The position numbers and the translations under genes were made by a program. A stretch of DNA of 64,000 nt, from NCBI RefSeq assembly GCF_006345805.1, contig NC_042999.1:139376001-139440000 (forward strand), read 5' to 3'. This DNA is from Octopus sinensis (taxonomy: Eukaryota). The number at the start of each line of letters is the position of its first letter. The first letter of the stretch is position 1. Positions 10,834 through 26,079 of this stretch are shown here, in pieces. The notes beneath the pieces were generated by a model. It was not told where the DNA came from. It did not search any database and was given only the letters and a program-made list of their open reading frames with translations.

Positions 10834-12604
10834 GTGTGTATGTGTGTGTTTGTGTGTATGTGTGTGTGTATAGGCTGACGATATATTTTCTTCTGAAAAG
10901 CTTCTTTTCAGGATGCAGCCTTGGCCATGTATTTTTTTTTATTCAAGGCCAGAAGTGGACGATATAGAAAAACATTTTCTCTGCATCACAAATATTTTTC
11001 AAGGAAAGAGAAGGGTTGTATCAATGTCGCCGCAGGGAATTCAGAATTTATAGTGTCGAAATAATAGCACAAACATTTTGTTCAACTCGCGAAAACTTGT
11101 GAGTTTATTTTTTGCCCCAGGATTGATGAAGGGCAAATGTGACCGCAAGTTATCCCAACTCATAACGTTTAGCGTCGAAAAAAAAACCCAATGCAGTTTC
11201 TCTGATGCATTAACGATTCTGCTATTTCATCACCATGTTTGTGTATATAAATATATAAGCACGCACGCACATATATGCGTATGCCTGTGCATGCATGTAT
11301 GTGTGTATATGAAACACAAACATGCACACAAACATTGTATATATGACATTGTTCAGTTTTATTTCAATATTTCTTGCCAATAGAGAAAGAGCCGGTTTCT
11401 AACCTAGATCCAAGTCTCTTTTATTGGAATTTGAACACCAACAACAGGGTATTTTTATTTGTATGTATGATGTACATGTGCAGATTTGTATGTTTTGCTT
11501 TATGTCTGTCTGTAGGTATATATGTATTGTATGTATGTATGCATACATGTATGTGTGCATACGTGTATGTATGTAAATGTGTACATATTCCGTATGCGCA
11601 TACAGAATATGTACTTATTGCACACGAGCATGCAGACACACACATACAAACGCATGTATATACACGCATATAGATTTGTATGTATACATATATTCGTGGG
11701 CACACGCATTCATATATATGAGTGTAGGTGTGTATGAACAAAAGTCAAGAATAGATTTTGATAAAGATGATATAAATGTAAAAGAAATCAATATAAAATA
11801 TAATAGACTCTCTATACAAAAGGAATATAAAGAGAGACTATACAGATACGATCTACAAATATCCTGCCTGCAAGAATTTATTGGCGAATCTTTGTGGCAA
11901 TTTCAAATTCAAAGTCGTAAGACGTCCAGTAAATTACTATATCAAAAACATAGAACACGTTTCTCTTACAGATAATCTTCGATTGCTAGTAACAATATAA
12001 TTTATCAATAGTATGAGAATTATAGATATTTCGCACAAACACACGCATCAACACAAGCAAGCACACATGAGCACGTTCATGCATAAGGACATACATACGT
12101 GCATACTAACATACCTTCACATTCCGTCTTCATTTCTTATCCCTTTCCTATGTCTCTTTCCTTCTCAGTCGCTCTCTCTTCTTTCTCTCTGTATCTCTAC
12201 ATCTGCTCTTCTTCCTACCTTAGGCACATAATCTTTTGCTTTCTGATACGTTGTAAATCGCTATCTTTCATATAGACATTAACCTCTTTCTGAATCATGA
12301 ACATACTTTCTGTTCTTCTGTTTCTCTCTTTCTATGTTTGTCTAACTTTCTCTGCTTCTCGCTCCTCCTGACTTCTTGCATTCTCTCTCTTTCTCCCCTC
12401 TCTCTCTCTTTCTCCCCTCTCTCTCTCTTTCTCACTCTCTGTCGATACATAGATAGGTAAATACATTCGTTAACACGCAGAGAAAGCTTTTTAGAAGAAA
12501 ACCAGTTTGTGCACGTTGCTTCTTTGTGTATGCATATGTAGATGCATACAGACATATCTATATGTATGTATACACATATATACCTCATCAATGTATATAT
12601 GTAT

Positions 12605-13245
12605 ATGCACACACACACACACACACACGCACATACTCATACTCATACACATACACACACATACACAACCACATACACACACATGCTCATACACACATAT
12701 GCATACACACACGCGCATACTCATACACACACGCACATACACACACGCACATACTCATACACTTACTCGTACACACACATATACATACACACACGCACAT
12801 ACTCATGCACACGCGCACATACACACATACACATACACACGCACATACTCCTGCACACACACACATGCACATGCTCATACACACATACTCACACACACGC
12901 ACATACTCATACACACATACACACACGCTTGCTCATACACACGCGCACTTGCTCATACACACACGCACATACACATACATACGAACATGCTCAAACACAC
13001 AGACACACTCACATGCTCATACACACACATACATACTCAGACATACATACACATACGCACATACACACGTACACACACGCACATATTCATACACTTACTC
13101 GTACACACACATACACACAGACGCACATACGCACATACAAACACATACACACACACGCACATGCTCATACACACACACACACACACGCACACACACATAC
13201 ACACACACGCACATACTCATACACACACACACACACACACACATA
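12605..13245. repeat. Long degenerate CA-rich cryptic repeat (CACATACTCATACAC-like units)
   Basis: Direct reading; explains the three overlapping His/Thr-rich ORFs at 12507-13306. Confidence 0.9.
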
Positions 13246-13775
13246 TATCTTGTATCTTTTCTTTAGAATACGGCTACGCTGGAATATCACCTTGAAAACA
13301 TTTTAGTCGGATGAATCGAACCCAATACTTCTTTTAAAGCCTAGAATTTATTCTATTATATATAATGTTGTGTCTGGAGAGGGTCATTCTCTTTTGGTGC
13401 CTTATAATTTAACACACGCACCGGTAAAATTTCCACTCATTTACTTATTTATTTTTCTAAAATTTTCGTTGCGTCTTGGAACCTTTTCAATAGTCTTTGA
13501 CTCTGCCTATTACTCACACTGCGTTCCTTTTTGTTTGTTTGTGCGCATGTGTGAATCAGTATGTGTGTGTGTGTGCCTATACTTGCATGCATGTTTGTAT
13601 GTATGCATGTGTATGTATGCATGTATGTGTGTGTGTGCATATGTATCTATCTATGTGTGCACATTTGTATGTATGTATTCTGCATATTCATGTTTTTTGC
13701 ATGTCCGTGTTTGTGTGTACCTCTGTTTCCTTGTGTGTGCATGTCTGAGTGTGTGTGTGTATGTGTGTATGTATG

Positions 13776-13817
<42 letters not shown>

Positions 13818-14019
13818 TACATACACACATACACACACACATACATTCATACATACATATATACATACACACACACACATATATATATTTAAATATATAT
13901 ATGTGTGTGTATATGTATGTATGTATGTGTGTGTGTATATATATAAATATATATATATATATATACAAGTAGATATAAGCAGATAACTAAATAGTAGTTT
14001 TCTATTTGATAAGTATTCT

Positions 14020-14084
<65 letters not shown>

Positions 14085-15351
14085 GCTATCTATAAGATTG
14101 TCTGACTGCCTGTTTTTATGCCAGTTATAAAATAGATTGTTGTCTGTTATGCAATGTCAATCAAGGCAAAATAGACTTCAGATGTATATTGAGAAAGAAT
14201 AATATGCAATAGCTACAACAGGGTACGAATTACCGATGTAATATGCATTACCTTTCACACTGTCATTCTGGTATTACTGAAGTGCGAGAATAACTCAACT
14301 ATGTCCGAACAAATGACAAAAATGCATACATGGGCATGAATTAATCTAGTTTCGATGGCTTTGTGGCATAAGAGAAAAGAATTAGCTATAAATGTAAACT
14401 GAATCAGGGTTGTTAAAATGAATTGTCTTTAAGACACAATATCGCTATCATTATTGGGTTGTTGTTCATGTCTAAAGAATAATAAGTGAGTCAATAAACG
14501 CAACTTTCAAACCGAATGATCAACAGGCACTGCTAGGATATCGATGTATGAATGGAATGACTCTATAGTTATGAAAATTCACATAGCTTCTGTTTTCAGC
14601 TGAAAAGCTCATTGGGAATACATAACACAGAAGCGAACACGAGTTCTTTATTCAAGTATATTATTTATCAGTATTTGTATCTCCTAAAGTAGGTTTCCTC
14701 GTTAGGGCCTACAGCAGATGGCTATAGTGCGATACTCTCGGGAAATGACCATGCGCGCACACACACAGATGCACACATACAAAATACACAATCTATCTAT
14801 TGGTTGAGTCAATAATGCACTATGAATTACAACTATTGATTAAAACGTGCTATTTCTTTATCCTCCCCTTTTATCGGTATTACAAAATTCTTCGAATTAG
14901 TAAGATGTATTGCATTTCTATATAGATCCTTAAAGTACTTTAGGTTTTCTTTTAAACGTTATTCCTATGTGTCACACCGTATTCAGTCTTCACACGGATC
15001 GTCTTAGCGAATACTACCATCAAAACTGATCGTCAACCGTATTAATGTCGGCAGTTTGAATTAATTTTGAAGGCTATAGTTGCGCCTCCTTCAACAGCCG
15101 ATTCATACGACAGGTGAAAGGAAGAATCGCTTATGTGGTAAAATTGATCTGCTAGAAATGGTAACTATATCCTCTTTTATAACATCCATCTTTTTTTTTT
15201 GATTAATGCCGTTTTGGATACAATATGTCTGAAAAGAAAAAAAAAACGATATCATCGAGATGATCAAGGCTCCAATGCCTTTAATCATAGGTCCTGTTTG
15301 ATGAGAGATAGCTTGGAGCTAAACAGCAGCAACAAAAAGAACAACAAAAAT

Positions 15352-15352
15352 T

Positions 15353-15398
<46 letters not shown>

Positions 15399-15400
15399 CC

Positions 15401-15434
<34 letters not shown>

Positions 15435-15489
15435 TCATCCTCATCATCATCATCAACAGCAGTAACAATAAGAAAAGCAACAACAAAAT

Positions 15490-15560
<71 letters not shown>
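15352..15560. repeat. (CAT)n/(CAC)n and (CTA)n microsatellites
   Basis: Direct reading; source of the poly-His ORF 15199..15465. Confidence 0.9.
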
Positions 15561-15561
<1 letters not shown>

Positions 15562-18500
15562 AATTAATTAGTTAACGACTTGATGGTTATTCCAGAATTC
15601 AATTGACTAATGGTTTCAAATTTATGAAAGAGGATTGCAAATGAATGACTCATATTTCCCTGAAGGCATTGGTGTTGTAATGAAATGTGTTGTAGTCAAA
15701 TTAATATTGCTTCCGGATTGCAATCTTCACTTTGTGGCAGCTTATACCTTGCTCCATGGCAGTCTCTACAGGAGTAGAACTATTGCTGGTTTCTTGTAGC
15801 AAGGTAGGTTTCCATATGTTAGGAGATATTAAGTGATTTATGCATTTTACAAGAATATTGAAGTTAAAGTGCATTGATATCAATCGGAAATTGAAACCAC
15901 GTTGTAATGCTAATAAGTAGGTCATTCACTCAACTCTGCAGCTCTTAGAACAACTGTAATCATTAATAAAAAATGAGGATATTGGAAACGTAGAAAAGGT
16001 AGTGCTTAACTTTGTTCCTTTTCATTCTCTAACTTCAAATCTCACCAAAGTTAAGCTTGTTTTTCATTACTCTTGAATAGATAACATTAAGTACTAATCA
16101 ACTATCGGATGTAGATTTATATCAACTCTATTCCTTTCTGACAAATTTGTGTTCTTTTGTCAAAGTTATAAATCAATATCAAGAGATTATTATGACTAAC
16201 GAAAGAAGTCAATTAAATAAGCGTTGTCACGTAGTTTATTAATTCAATGAGATACGTGCTTTTGTATTTTTTAAGCAGAAATGTCGAATGTTGCGGCTGT
16301 TTTCAGCAGTAAACTGTACCTCCAATTGATTTTATTTCTAGCTTTCTGTCCAGTTCCACCGTTAATTAGTTGTGCTGGATCTAGATACAATTATACATCA
16401 ATGGCAGATTAGAAAAAGAAAACTGAATCTGTGGCTGATAAATAAGTATAGTGTCCTCTCGACCAGCTTTAATTCTTAATGACACATCCTTGACATACAG
16501 TTCAATTCTTTAACATAAAATCAGCAGTTGAAGATGAGAACTACATCAAATTAAATAGCCCCAGCGGGTTACCAGCTTACTAGTGTCGCTAGCAAATTCA
16601 CCGATGTCATGGTCAAAATCTGTCTGGGCTGAATGCCGAAAAGTCAATCTAAAAACTTGAAGGCATTAAATATAATATTTTGCTGTATTTGTTAGCACGA
16701 TCGTTCGATATACATTATTCAATACTAATTTGAAGAAAATCGTTAACATTTCTCAAGTTATATTTTAGGATAATCTTGTATGCTTGTTCTAGATTTTCTA
16801 AAGAAGAATTTACAACAAATGAGTTGGATGATGTATTTTTGAATGTGCAGGATGTCAAAGTAACAAAAATACAAAAGTAAAAGCAATGAATACGAATCTA
16901 TTTTAATGAATAAAATATGTTGACATAATATTGGACCGACGCAAAGCAATTCTGTAGTATTTCCAAAATAGAAAATATATAGTGTTCAGAAGTTCGTTAC
17001 GAGTGACTAACAAAAAGGAAATTGTCAGGAATTATTCGATGGGAAGGAACACGCTGCCATGTTCTTTATGCAAATAGGTCGTACCTGAAGAAAAAAAATC
17101 TCAATATCAACAACACTTGTTTTTCATCTGATTGATCTGAAATACTGACAAGTATTCACAGTGTTATTAAAGTATCTTTCTTCGCTTAACCTTCCCTGAA
17201 ATTGCTGTTTTTATAATTACAGATAAAGCCGTACTCGTGTGTAATGTCCATAGAAAGCTATAACTTTTGGCGGATTGTCATTGGGTTAGTATACAAGGTA
17301 ATTGTTAAATACATTCAACAGAGTATTTGAATATGTTCTTTGACATTTTGCGTTCAAATCCTGGCTAGCCCAATTCTGTCTTACATGTTTCGGTTTGCTA
17401 AAATAATTGAACTCCAATTCCTCTGGTTGAGCTATTTGATTAACAGTATCTCCAATTAGAATTTCATACTTAAGACAGAAACCATTGAATACATTCAAAA
17501 TGAATGGAAAGAGAATGTTACGCACAAGATTTGATTCGAGATAATTAAACCGAAACTTCTTTGGGAGAAAATAGGGTTTTAATGAAATCCAAATAGCTTT
17601 CTTCCAATTCCCGTTTTATTTACAGATGTATGTAATATGTCAGAAAGAAAAATATACTTTGTTGCAAATATGCAATTATATAATGCATATATATGTATGC
17701 CTTTTCAGTGGCGTTCACATAAGTAACTTCATCGACTGTAATAAATCCTCATCGATTATAATACATGAAGTTTTCTAAACGTCTTCTATTACGATAAAAT
17801 ACAAAAGCGCATACATATAGATTGCAGTATGAGCTATACTATAGCAAAGTAATTAAATCAATCGATAGTCCACAGGCAGATTAATATTCCGTTCGGCCAT
17901 CGCTAGAAAAAGAATTAGTCAGATATTACAGGTCAATAGAATTTCGACAAGACTTTTAAGATTAGTTAAGATTCTTTATCAATTCGACAAAACACATTAG
18001 GTTGCTATCTAGCTCGGTTACATGAAATAGATCATGATGTCTGGTTTGTAAAATAACATGTTTATGTTCATTTTTGTGGAAAGCAACAGCAGAAGGTTAC
18101 ATTTCTTGAGAAGAATCTAAGAGAAACACTCAGAAGAGATGTGTAACACTTACAGTATCCAACAATCAAATATGTGAAATAGAAAAAAATTCTAGAGACG
18201 GTTCAACTATAGAAAATATCTACCATGTGTATATTAGTGTAAGTGCTTCGGCCTTAACTCTAAGGAAAATCGATCACATTCAGATTATGGCTCCTTGATA
18301 CCCTTTTGGCTGCCATATTTTCTGCCACAGTTTGGGGTCCAACTTGAACCTTTCAGAGTGTTTAGGTGTCTCAAAGCCAAATCACATTTGTGGTAGATTT
18401 GTAACCTCCTCATTATCAGATATCACATGTAAGTATGGGAAATTATGCCTTTGGAATTCAATTTAGTTCTTCCTTGTCTAGACTCAGCTGGACCGTTTTC

Positions 18501-21057
18501 TTGATGCTTCTGCTATCCTTGCATTTAGTGCTTCGGTTCATTCCTTTCTGAAAATTGAAGCCATTTCATAAGAACTCCGAATGGAATGAATCAATGTCAG
18601 CACTGTGATACAACCAGCGTTATTATTTGTCTACAGGATTAGCACTTAGAACTAGCAAATACGAATGAAATTTAAGAACTAGTAAAATTAAGAGAGCTGC
18701 ATGATTCAAAGAATACGTCTTGTTACAGAATCCTACCATCAAAGAAAGCTGATTACGACACGAGTTGTTTGAAGACTTAGAATATTATTGCAGATAGATA
18801 AACGGCTGAATAATTTACACATGGCCCAAATCGTAGCTTTTCTATTCTCACATTGAACATGTTATTGCAAAATACTACTACTACCGTTTGACAATATATG
18901 AGAGTTACTATGATTGGCCAGAGCATAGTATTTATTAAAAATACGATAATCAAGTGGCTATTAACATTATATGTAAAGTGGATAATACATTTTCAAACAA
19001 ACAACCAACAATAGCAAACTTGGTATTTCTTTCCCATTTGAAAAGAAAAGTGGTAAATTAATAGCCTCTGATAAAAAGCTAGTGCGCTAAGTAAAATGAA
19101 ACCAATTCATTTTCGCAGATTGCTTGAACTGTAGGTTCGCATGAAATGCACAATCTGAGTATTGCAACTTAATTTGCAACACCAGCAATGTTGTACGTAC
19201 TCATTCTCAAGATAATCTCGAGCCATTGCCAATAATATAGAATATAGATAAATAATATTAGTAAAACAGCTGAACGTGGTTCAGTAGTGTACATATAAAA
19301 CTAACGAAAGAAATATTTGTTCTGTAGGTATTGGAAAACAAAAGTGGAAAGACTACTAAGAGAATCTATATTGTCAGATAATACTACAAAAAGCTTATGT
19401 TATTCAGATGTTTTCATAAATCTCCAGAAAACAATGAAAGGCGGGCTTGACATATACTAGACAAGGTATTAAGAGTGTCTAACAGAACAGCAAACATATA
19501 ATATCTTCATAAATACTGCATAACACAGTTAAGCAGGCTATTTGAATTTGCTTCAGCCAAACAACTACTAAACGACATTTTAACAGATGAGCAAATGAAT
19601 GGGGCTCTAATGAAAGCTTCTGAAGCACCTGTTTTCGAGGAAACGTGTCAGTTTTTCGCTACAAATCCTAGTGACATTATGGCAAGACCATAGAAGGTGT
19701 TTGACTGCGTCTCTCACCTGCAGGTACTAACATAATTTTAATGACTCACACCATAATTGCAATTGTTCTGGAGAATGACTAAAATATTTATTTCATAACT
19801 GTCCCCCAAACTTTGATGCATTTTCAGTAACCGTTAAAAGCAGGCGATTGCGGGAATATTCTAACTTGTAATTCTGTCTTTGTCCCCCTCTCTCTTGCTC
19901 TCTCTCTCTCCTCTCTTTCTCTCTCTCTCTCCCTTACTGTTGCTATTTATCCTAGGTATATATCTCCTGTCTGTTCTGTTGAAGAAATTACAAGGAAGCA
20001 AGCCTAGATCAGCATAGTACAAAATTAATTTCATTTACAAAACCTTTGTCAGTTATCTGTGTATGCAATACACATGGCGCCAATTGAAAATTTGAGATGG
20101 CCATGAAGATTTTGCGATAGATAAATGTACGATTGGGCAAGGATAAGTATTCATAAAAGACAGATAGTAAATTGTTGACTGGCGTCAGACATCGATGGCG
20201 ATAGTTTATCAGTCACAGCTTTATCAATCGCAACAACATTACATAAGTGAAGTTAGAGTGACAAAAGTGTGTTTCAATAAGTTTTGCAAATATTGAGATC
20301 AGATGAGTCTTCTTTTCACAAGTCAACATTATACAAAGCGTTTGCAGTATCAGCTAATGCAAATAGCTAACATAGTGGACAGGACACTTGAACAATATTG
20401 TAGCTTATGCAACAAAACAAGGTAAATAGTAATCATTTCTGGTAACTTCCATTCAAGAAATGGTACTAACACTAGCTATATCGAGTAAAGAACACGACCT
20501 ATAAGACTTAAGAAAAATACTCCACAGCAACAAACAGAACGGCTTTTACATATCATAGCAAATATTCATGATTTTTCAATGCATATTAATGAATTAAGAG
20601 AATATAGGTCTAGTTAATAACTGAAACTGGCTCGCTAATGAAATTAAACTATTTAGACTTAACACGCTATCCTGGTTAGCATCAAAATGTGGTAATTGGA
20701 TGGTGTTAGATAATTCATTCAGTTGGAAGCATTCAGACTAGTTTAATTACCCATCCGCCCATAGTGTGACCTGCAGATGTTTAGCTTACTCTGTATAAAT
20801 CAAAAAAGGTGAATAGGATGGACAATGGCATAAACACTGCTCATCTGTTCTGACCAACTTTCTAAAAAAAAAGACACATCATTTCAATTACATTGGTGAG
20901 TTTATACCAGAGGTCTCCGACTTTCTTACGTATAACGTATGTCCTGGCAACAATATTATGTGTGCGATCGCGTGTGCGTGTGTGTGTGTACAGTGACTAC
21001 TTGATTTAATGAACCTAGATTTAATGGATTTACTGAAACACATTTGAATGAGAGAGG

Positions 21058-21095
<38 letters not shown>

Positions 21096-22721
21096 GTAAA
21101 CTTATTTCTGAGATCAATATGGAAGGAAAAAGATAGCATGAAGCTGTATAAGAAGAATGTTTTGGGGGAAATAATGCTTGTGATGGAGGATGAGAAGATA
21201 CAAAGAATACAAGAATGTACATTGCACTTCAGAATCTCACATCTCAAAATCTGCACTTTTTAATCTGGTAGGAGCTTTGTAGGAATTCAAGACTTCGACT
21301 TTTGGAAATGGCATGAAGACATTTTGATATAATATTGAAGGAGTGGAAGTAAATGGCTTTCAGTGCGCATTTCTAAATTCTGGCATTGGAGGGAAACAAC
21401 AGAATATGCTGTTTAGTAGTAGCTTGCAACTGATGAAGATTATCCTATTTGACAGTTCAGAGTAATCAGAAAGCAAAACGAATCAGCATCTGAGGGGAAA
21501 TCTGAAGTAAGCCGCTTTGTTTGAGCTAACTTCCTCAGCTCCAATTTTTATTTCATCTCAACCAATCTGTATGTTACAACTTCATAGAAGCGGACGATAG
21601 GTAGTGGCTTCCCTTTCACCTCAACTTTTAGACACTGACTAAAAATGTTCTGCACTAAGACTATGTTTAGGGTATAACATTCGTCTATTCCACTGTCAAG
21701 AAAGAAAATAAAATTGACATGACGTAAACTAATAAAATTGCTGTCGAGAATCTGAAAGGATTTTCTCATTCGAATTACTGGGTGATTCTAATTTATACTA
21801 ACGGTCTTGAAAAATCGACTTATAATTTCTAAATGTTTTCCTTTACGAGTGAGTAATTCATTCCGTGGAACTTTTTTTTCTACATCAAACAATATACAGT
21901 CTGTAATTCTCTTATCACTACTACACCTTAGCTGAGTCGGTCAAATAAGAGTAAAACATGTCCAGAATTGTCTCCTGCACATATTGAAGAAACCAATAAA
22001 TATAAGTTAATGTTTAATATTGTTTTTTTTTACTTCCTCACTACTTTTTGATGCCCTCTGCTTTAAATACAATAACATGCGCATAAAAATTGCTATTTTT
22101 CATCGCATTGATCTCCAAGGGTCATTTATTCTCCGAATATTTCTTTTGTGTAACACTTCAATTATACATTCTCGTAAATTTACTTAAAAGATTTCCTTTT
22201 CATTTTTCAATTTTTCTGTACTGTACTTACATTTTTTGTCATGTTCGCTGCATGATATATGACATGACTGAATTATCTATTATCAGTATTTTACATAGAC
22301 ACAGAACGCCTGGTTTACTGGCTGATATTGGAAAATATGTAATTTTGATTGTTATGTAGAAGTGCATTACGTGTACAAGAAATAAAGTAGCTCGCACCAG
22401 GAAGCCTATTTTCGCTCATTAATAGCTGAATTTGCAGTTGAACGTCTTCGCTTCTAGCATATAACATTTCTCTTTTCCGTCTACGACAGCAAGATGGTAG
22501 AATCATTAGCAATAAAAACAAAATATCTAGCGGAATTTCGTTCATTTTTACGTTCTGAGCGCAAAGTCGACCTTGCTTTTTATCCTTTCGGGTTCGATAA
22601 AATAATTACCAGTTGAGCACTAGGGCCGAAACTGCTGATCCTGCACCAAAATATGAAGCTAATATTTCTTTTCCATAAATGCAAATTAATACGGGAATTA
22701 ATACGTAGTACTTAAGAACAT

Positions 22722-22793
<72 letters not shown>

Positions 22794-23458
22794 TGTATGT
22801 AATGTATGTATATATTCTACAAGTATCATTCATTCACTGCTGTGGGTAAGTATATTCTTAAGGTCAACATTTAGTCACTCGCGGGCACTTCTAGGCGTCA
22901 CCACCAATTCAGTTCTCAGACTGAATGCATTTTTTTTAACAACATTGGTCCAGTTTTAAGCTACATTTGGAGGTTAAATAATTGAAATTTGATTCATTAG
23001 AAAAAAAGCTAGTTCAAAATATGTGAAGTCAAAAATGGGAGAATAAGGCGAAAAATTGACTTTGAATCAAACTATCTCAGTTATTTTAAAAAACTTAAAT
23101 CAATTGGGTTGAAACGAATGCGTTCCTTCAGAAGGATAGATTGGGAGAAAATCTATTAAAAGGACAAACTACCAAAAAAAAAAAAAAAAAAGAAAGCAGT
23201 GTGGCTTTAAGCGACAAAAATATGGTAACACCGCACACCAAATTGACTTTGAATGAAAATATCTCAGCTATTGTGAAAGAATACTATACAATAGATGGAT
23301 TCAAATGAAAGAGCTCCATGAAAGGAATCTTATGGTGAAGATCACGTCATAAAATATTTGCTACATAAAAAGTGGTGTGGCTTTAAGTGACGAAGAAGTG
23401 ATGATTTTTAATAAATCAAAATAATTTTGTCATTTTTAGATATTTAGCGTTATAAAAG

Positions 23459-26079
23459 CCTTGTTGAAGTTGACAGAGTTGTGATAAAAGAGTAGCGTGC
23501 AGATGTTTTTCACTGTGCAAACTAATGTTAAATATATGTTCCACAATACTCCTTTGGGGCCTAAATTCTGCCTGTTCTTCCCATGCCCTTTAGTGTGCTT
23601 GGCAGAATTCTTAAGAATACATTGTTAGGTTGGCTATTTAGGCTGATTGTTCTATAATTCTGAAAGAGTCTAGAGTTGCCTTTCCTGGAATGGGTATTAT
23701 CAGTAATTGGGTCCACTAATTTGTCCTATGCTTCGTCTTCCATATCTTCAGACAGTAACTGTTAGTGTCTTGATAAGATTTGACCCTCGAGGAGCTCTAA
23801 TGGATTGTTATCCAATCCTGCGGATTTCCCATCTTTAAGCTTACGCACTGCCTCTTCAACTCCTTCCGAAGAATTGGAGTATCCTCAAGTTCTCTGTTAT
23901 TGTTGTTGTCGGAATTGTCTGTGATGTTGTCATATTTGAATTTGTGATTGTAAAGGTCTTTTAATAACATCATTCTTATGTATGAGAAGCAAGCCTGTTT
24001 TGTCCTCATGATATTGGGTGTATATTTCTTTATTTTCGTTAGGATTTGAGGGTTTCATTAGCAACCTTGTGAACGTCTTTCTTTATTCTAGCTTCGATTA
24101 TTTTGGACTGGTTTGCCATCCATTCCTCTTTGGCTTACCTCATTTTCTTCCTAAAATTTCTATTCACAGCATTGTATTGCTGATTTGTCTCATATCCCGT
24201 TAGCTGGGACTTATTCAGGGCCTGTCTTAAATCACATAGATCCAAGATGTAAGCAGTCAGTGACCCATAGTTGCTTTTTCCTTCTTATGCCTAGTACTTC
24301 GAGAGCCATTTCCTGAAGTGCTTCTTTGATGTTACCTGTCAGGAAGTCTGTAAATATTCTAGAAGGTTAAGGACTGCAAACCTGCCACTCACTTTCACTT
24401 CAAACTCTGATGCAACTCTGGCTCTTTTGTGGTGGGTACTTTTCAGTTTGAGCTTCATTATCATCATGTCCAAATCATGATCCTTTTTGACATCCACACT
24501 AGGGAAGTTCTTACGCCTGATCGTGTTGATGTTTGACTTGAACTTTTGAGTGCGTGGATAAAGTCAATTTGGTTATGAAACCTGCCGATGAGAGCATGCC
24601 ATGTTGTTCTGCACGAGGTTTTGCGTGGGTTTTGTGTGCTGGCCAGGGTCAGCTTATACTTGCTTGCGAATTCTAGGAGTCGCAATCAACAATCGTTGGT
24701 TTCCCCGATCCCGAATCGTCCCACTTTCCTGGCCCACTGTCTCCTAAGATAATGAGGATATCTTTTTTTAGGAGATGCCTTGGCAATTCTCCCCCAAGTC
24801 CTCATAGAATTCCTCAACGACATCATCATCATATTCAAGTGTTGGTGAATAGACTTGTGTGATGGTAATATTCTGTGGTCTTGCAGCCACCAGTAAGGTG
24901 ACGAGCCTGCTGGATACTGGTGTACATCTGATGGCTGAACTTACTCTGACTTTCTTAACGATGAAGCTCACTCCATGTTCAAGCTTGGTGTTATTTCCGC
25001 CCACCGCAGCCTGTGGCCTTCGTCTGTTGTTGTGTCGCCAAATCCAGTTCACCTGACTTTAGCGAGACCTAGGATATCCTAGGTGTACCTGTTAGGTTTG
25101 TGAGTAAATTCCTTCGTCCTTCCACGATTTCGTCGATCCCCTAAAGACCTTTGACTGTGTTTGGCACGATAGGTTGTGGAAGGTTATGAAATATTACAAT
25201 TTCGACAACAACCTCATCGAAATAATCCAAGTACTGTATGAAAACTCAAGCAGTGCAATTCTCCTGAACAACATCAGAGAATTCTTCAAGACAACAGTGG
25301 ATGTTCGACAAGGATGTCTCTTCACTCCAGTGCTTTTCGACCTATTTCTGGAGAACAACAAGCAGGAGACACTTCAAGACCTCCACTGGAGAACGGCCCA
25401 TTTTCAACCTGGCTTTTGCTGAGGATATTGACCAGTAAGAAATCGAACTGGAAAACGTATCAGGAACATACGGGAAGGAGATCAGTCCAGAGAAGAGCAA
25501 GATCCTGGCTAATAGTAATAATCAAACCAGCAACCAACATCATGCTAAGCGGAGAGAGACCTCATGAAGTGGAAAACCTCAAGTACCTACGATCCATTTT
25601 GACCAAGGGCAGTAAATTTTAAAAGTATATGAGACTCAGTTGGTTTTTCCAACAAGATTTGGAGGGTATATGACCCTGGTGATTTCCTTCTGCATGGGTG
25701 AGAGATATAGCCTCTTATAGCCGAAAAATTCAGGCATTTGAGCGCAAAACAAACAGCTTTCTTGAGCAGTAAGCCAACAAATACGCCGGCAGACAGGAAC
25801 TCCTTGCTCAGATATAAACACAAAAGTTTGCCTGGTACGGTCATGTAACCCACTTCAACTCCTTGTCCAAAACCATTCTCCAGTTGTTGAAGGGCAAAAG
25901 AGAGGCAGATAGAAAACATCCTAGTTTAACAACGTCAAGGACTGGACAGAGCAGAGCACAGCGAACATGCTACGCATGACAAAAACCTGAGACCAATGGC
26001 GACGACTGACTATAAACGCGTCAAGTGTGGTACCCCAACGACAGTCTGCATTAATTAAGGGATCTTGATGATGAGGATG
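23459..26079. mobile_element. RTE-clade LINE with 5' inversion: endonuclease to early RT on the minus strand (23459-~25125), late RT and 3' end on the plus strand (~25120-26079), 13-bp TSD
   Basis: Minus strand encodes DILGLAKVR*TGFGDTTTDEGH, HGVSFIV, ITQVYSPT...EEFYEDL and NYRTISL...EEQAEFRP. Plus strand encodes FVD..KTFDCVWHDRLW and VRQGCL. The 3' end is TGATGATGAGGATGA. TSD AGCGTTATAAAAG (23446-58) / AGCGTTATGAAAG (26080-92). Many stops and frameshifts. Confidence 0.85.

Noticed and set aside
12507-13306. Three overlapping 246-262 aa His/Thr-rich ORFs
   Set aside because: All three frames are open because the CA-rich repeat lacks stop codons; no evidence of coding.
15199-15465. Poly-His ORF
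   Set aside because: Translation of a (CAT)n/(CAC)n microsatellite.
15701-15925. Minus-strand ORF with vague UBA-like TPVETAMEQG segment
   Set aside because: No convincing acceptor and similarity too short to support.
18331-18429. Apparent plus-strand exon (cag|...|gtaagt)
   Set aside because: The opposite strand looks like a decayed LINE C-terminal region; no supporting neighbouring exons.
21425-21480. CTGATGA-A-GATTA...TAATC-A-GAAA
   Set aside because: Stem II-like pairing is present but there is no stem III, NUH site or stem I.
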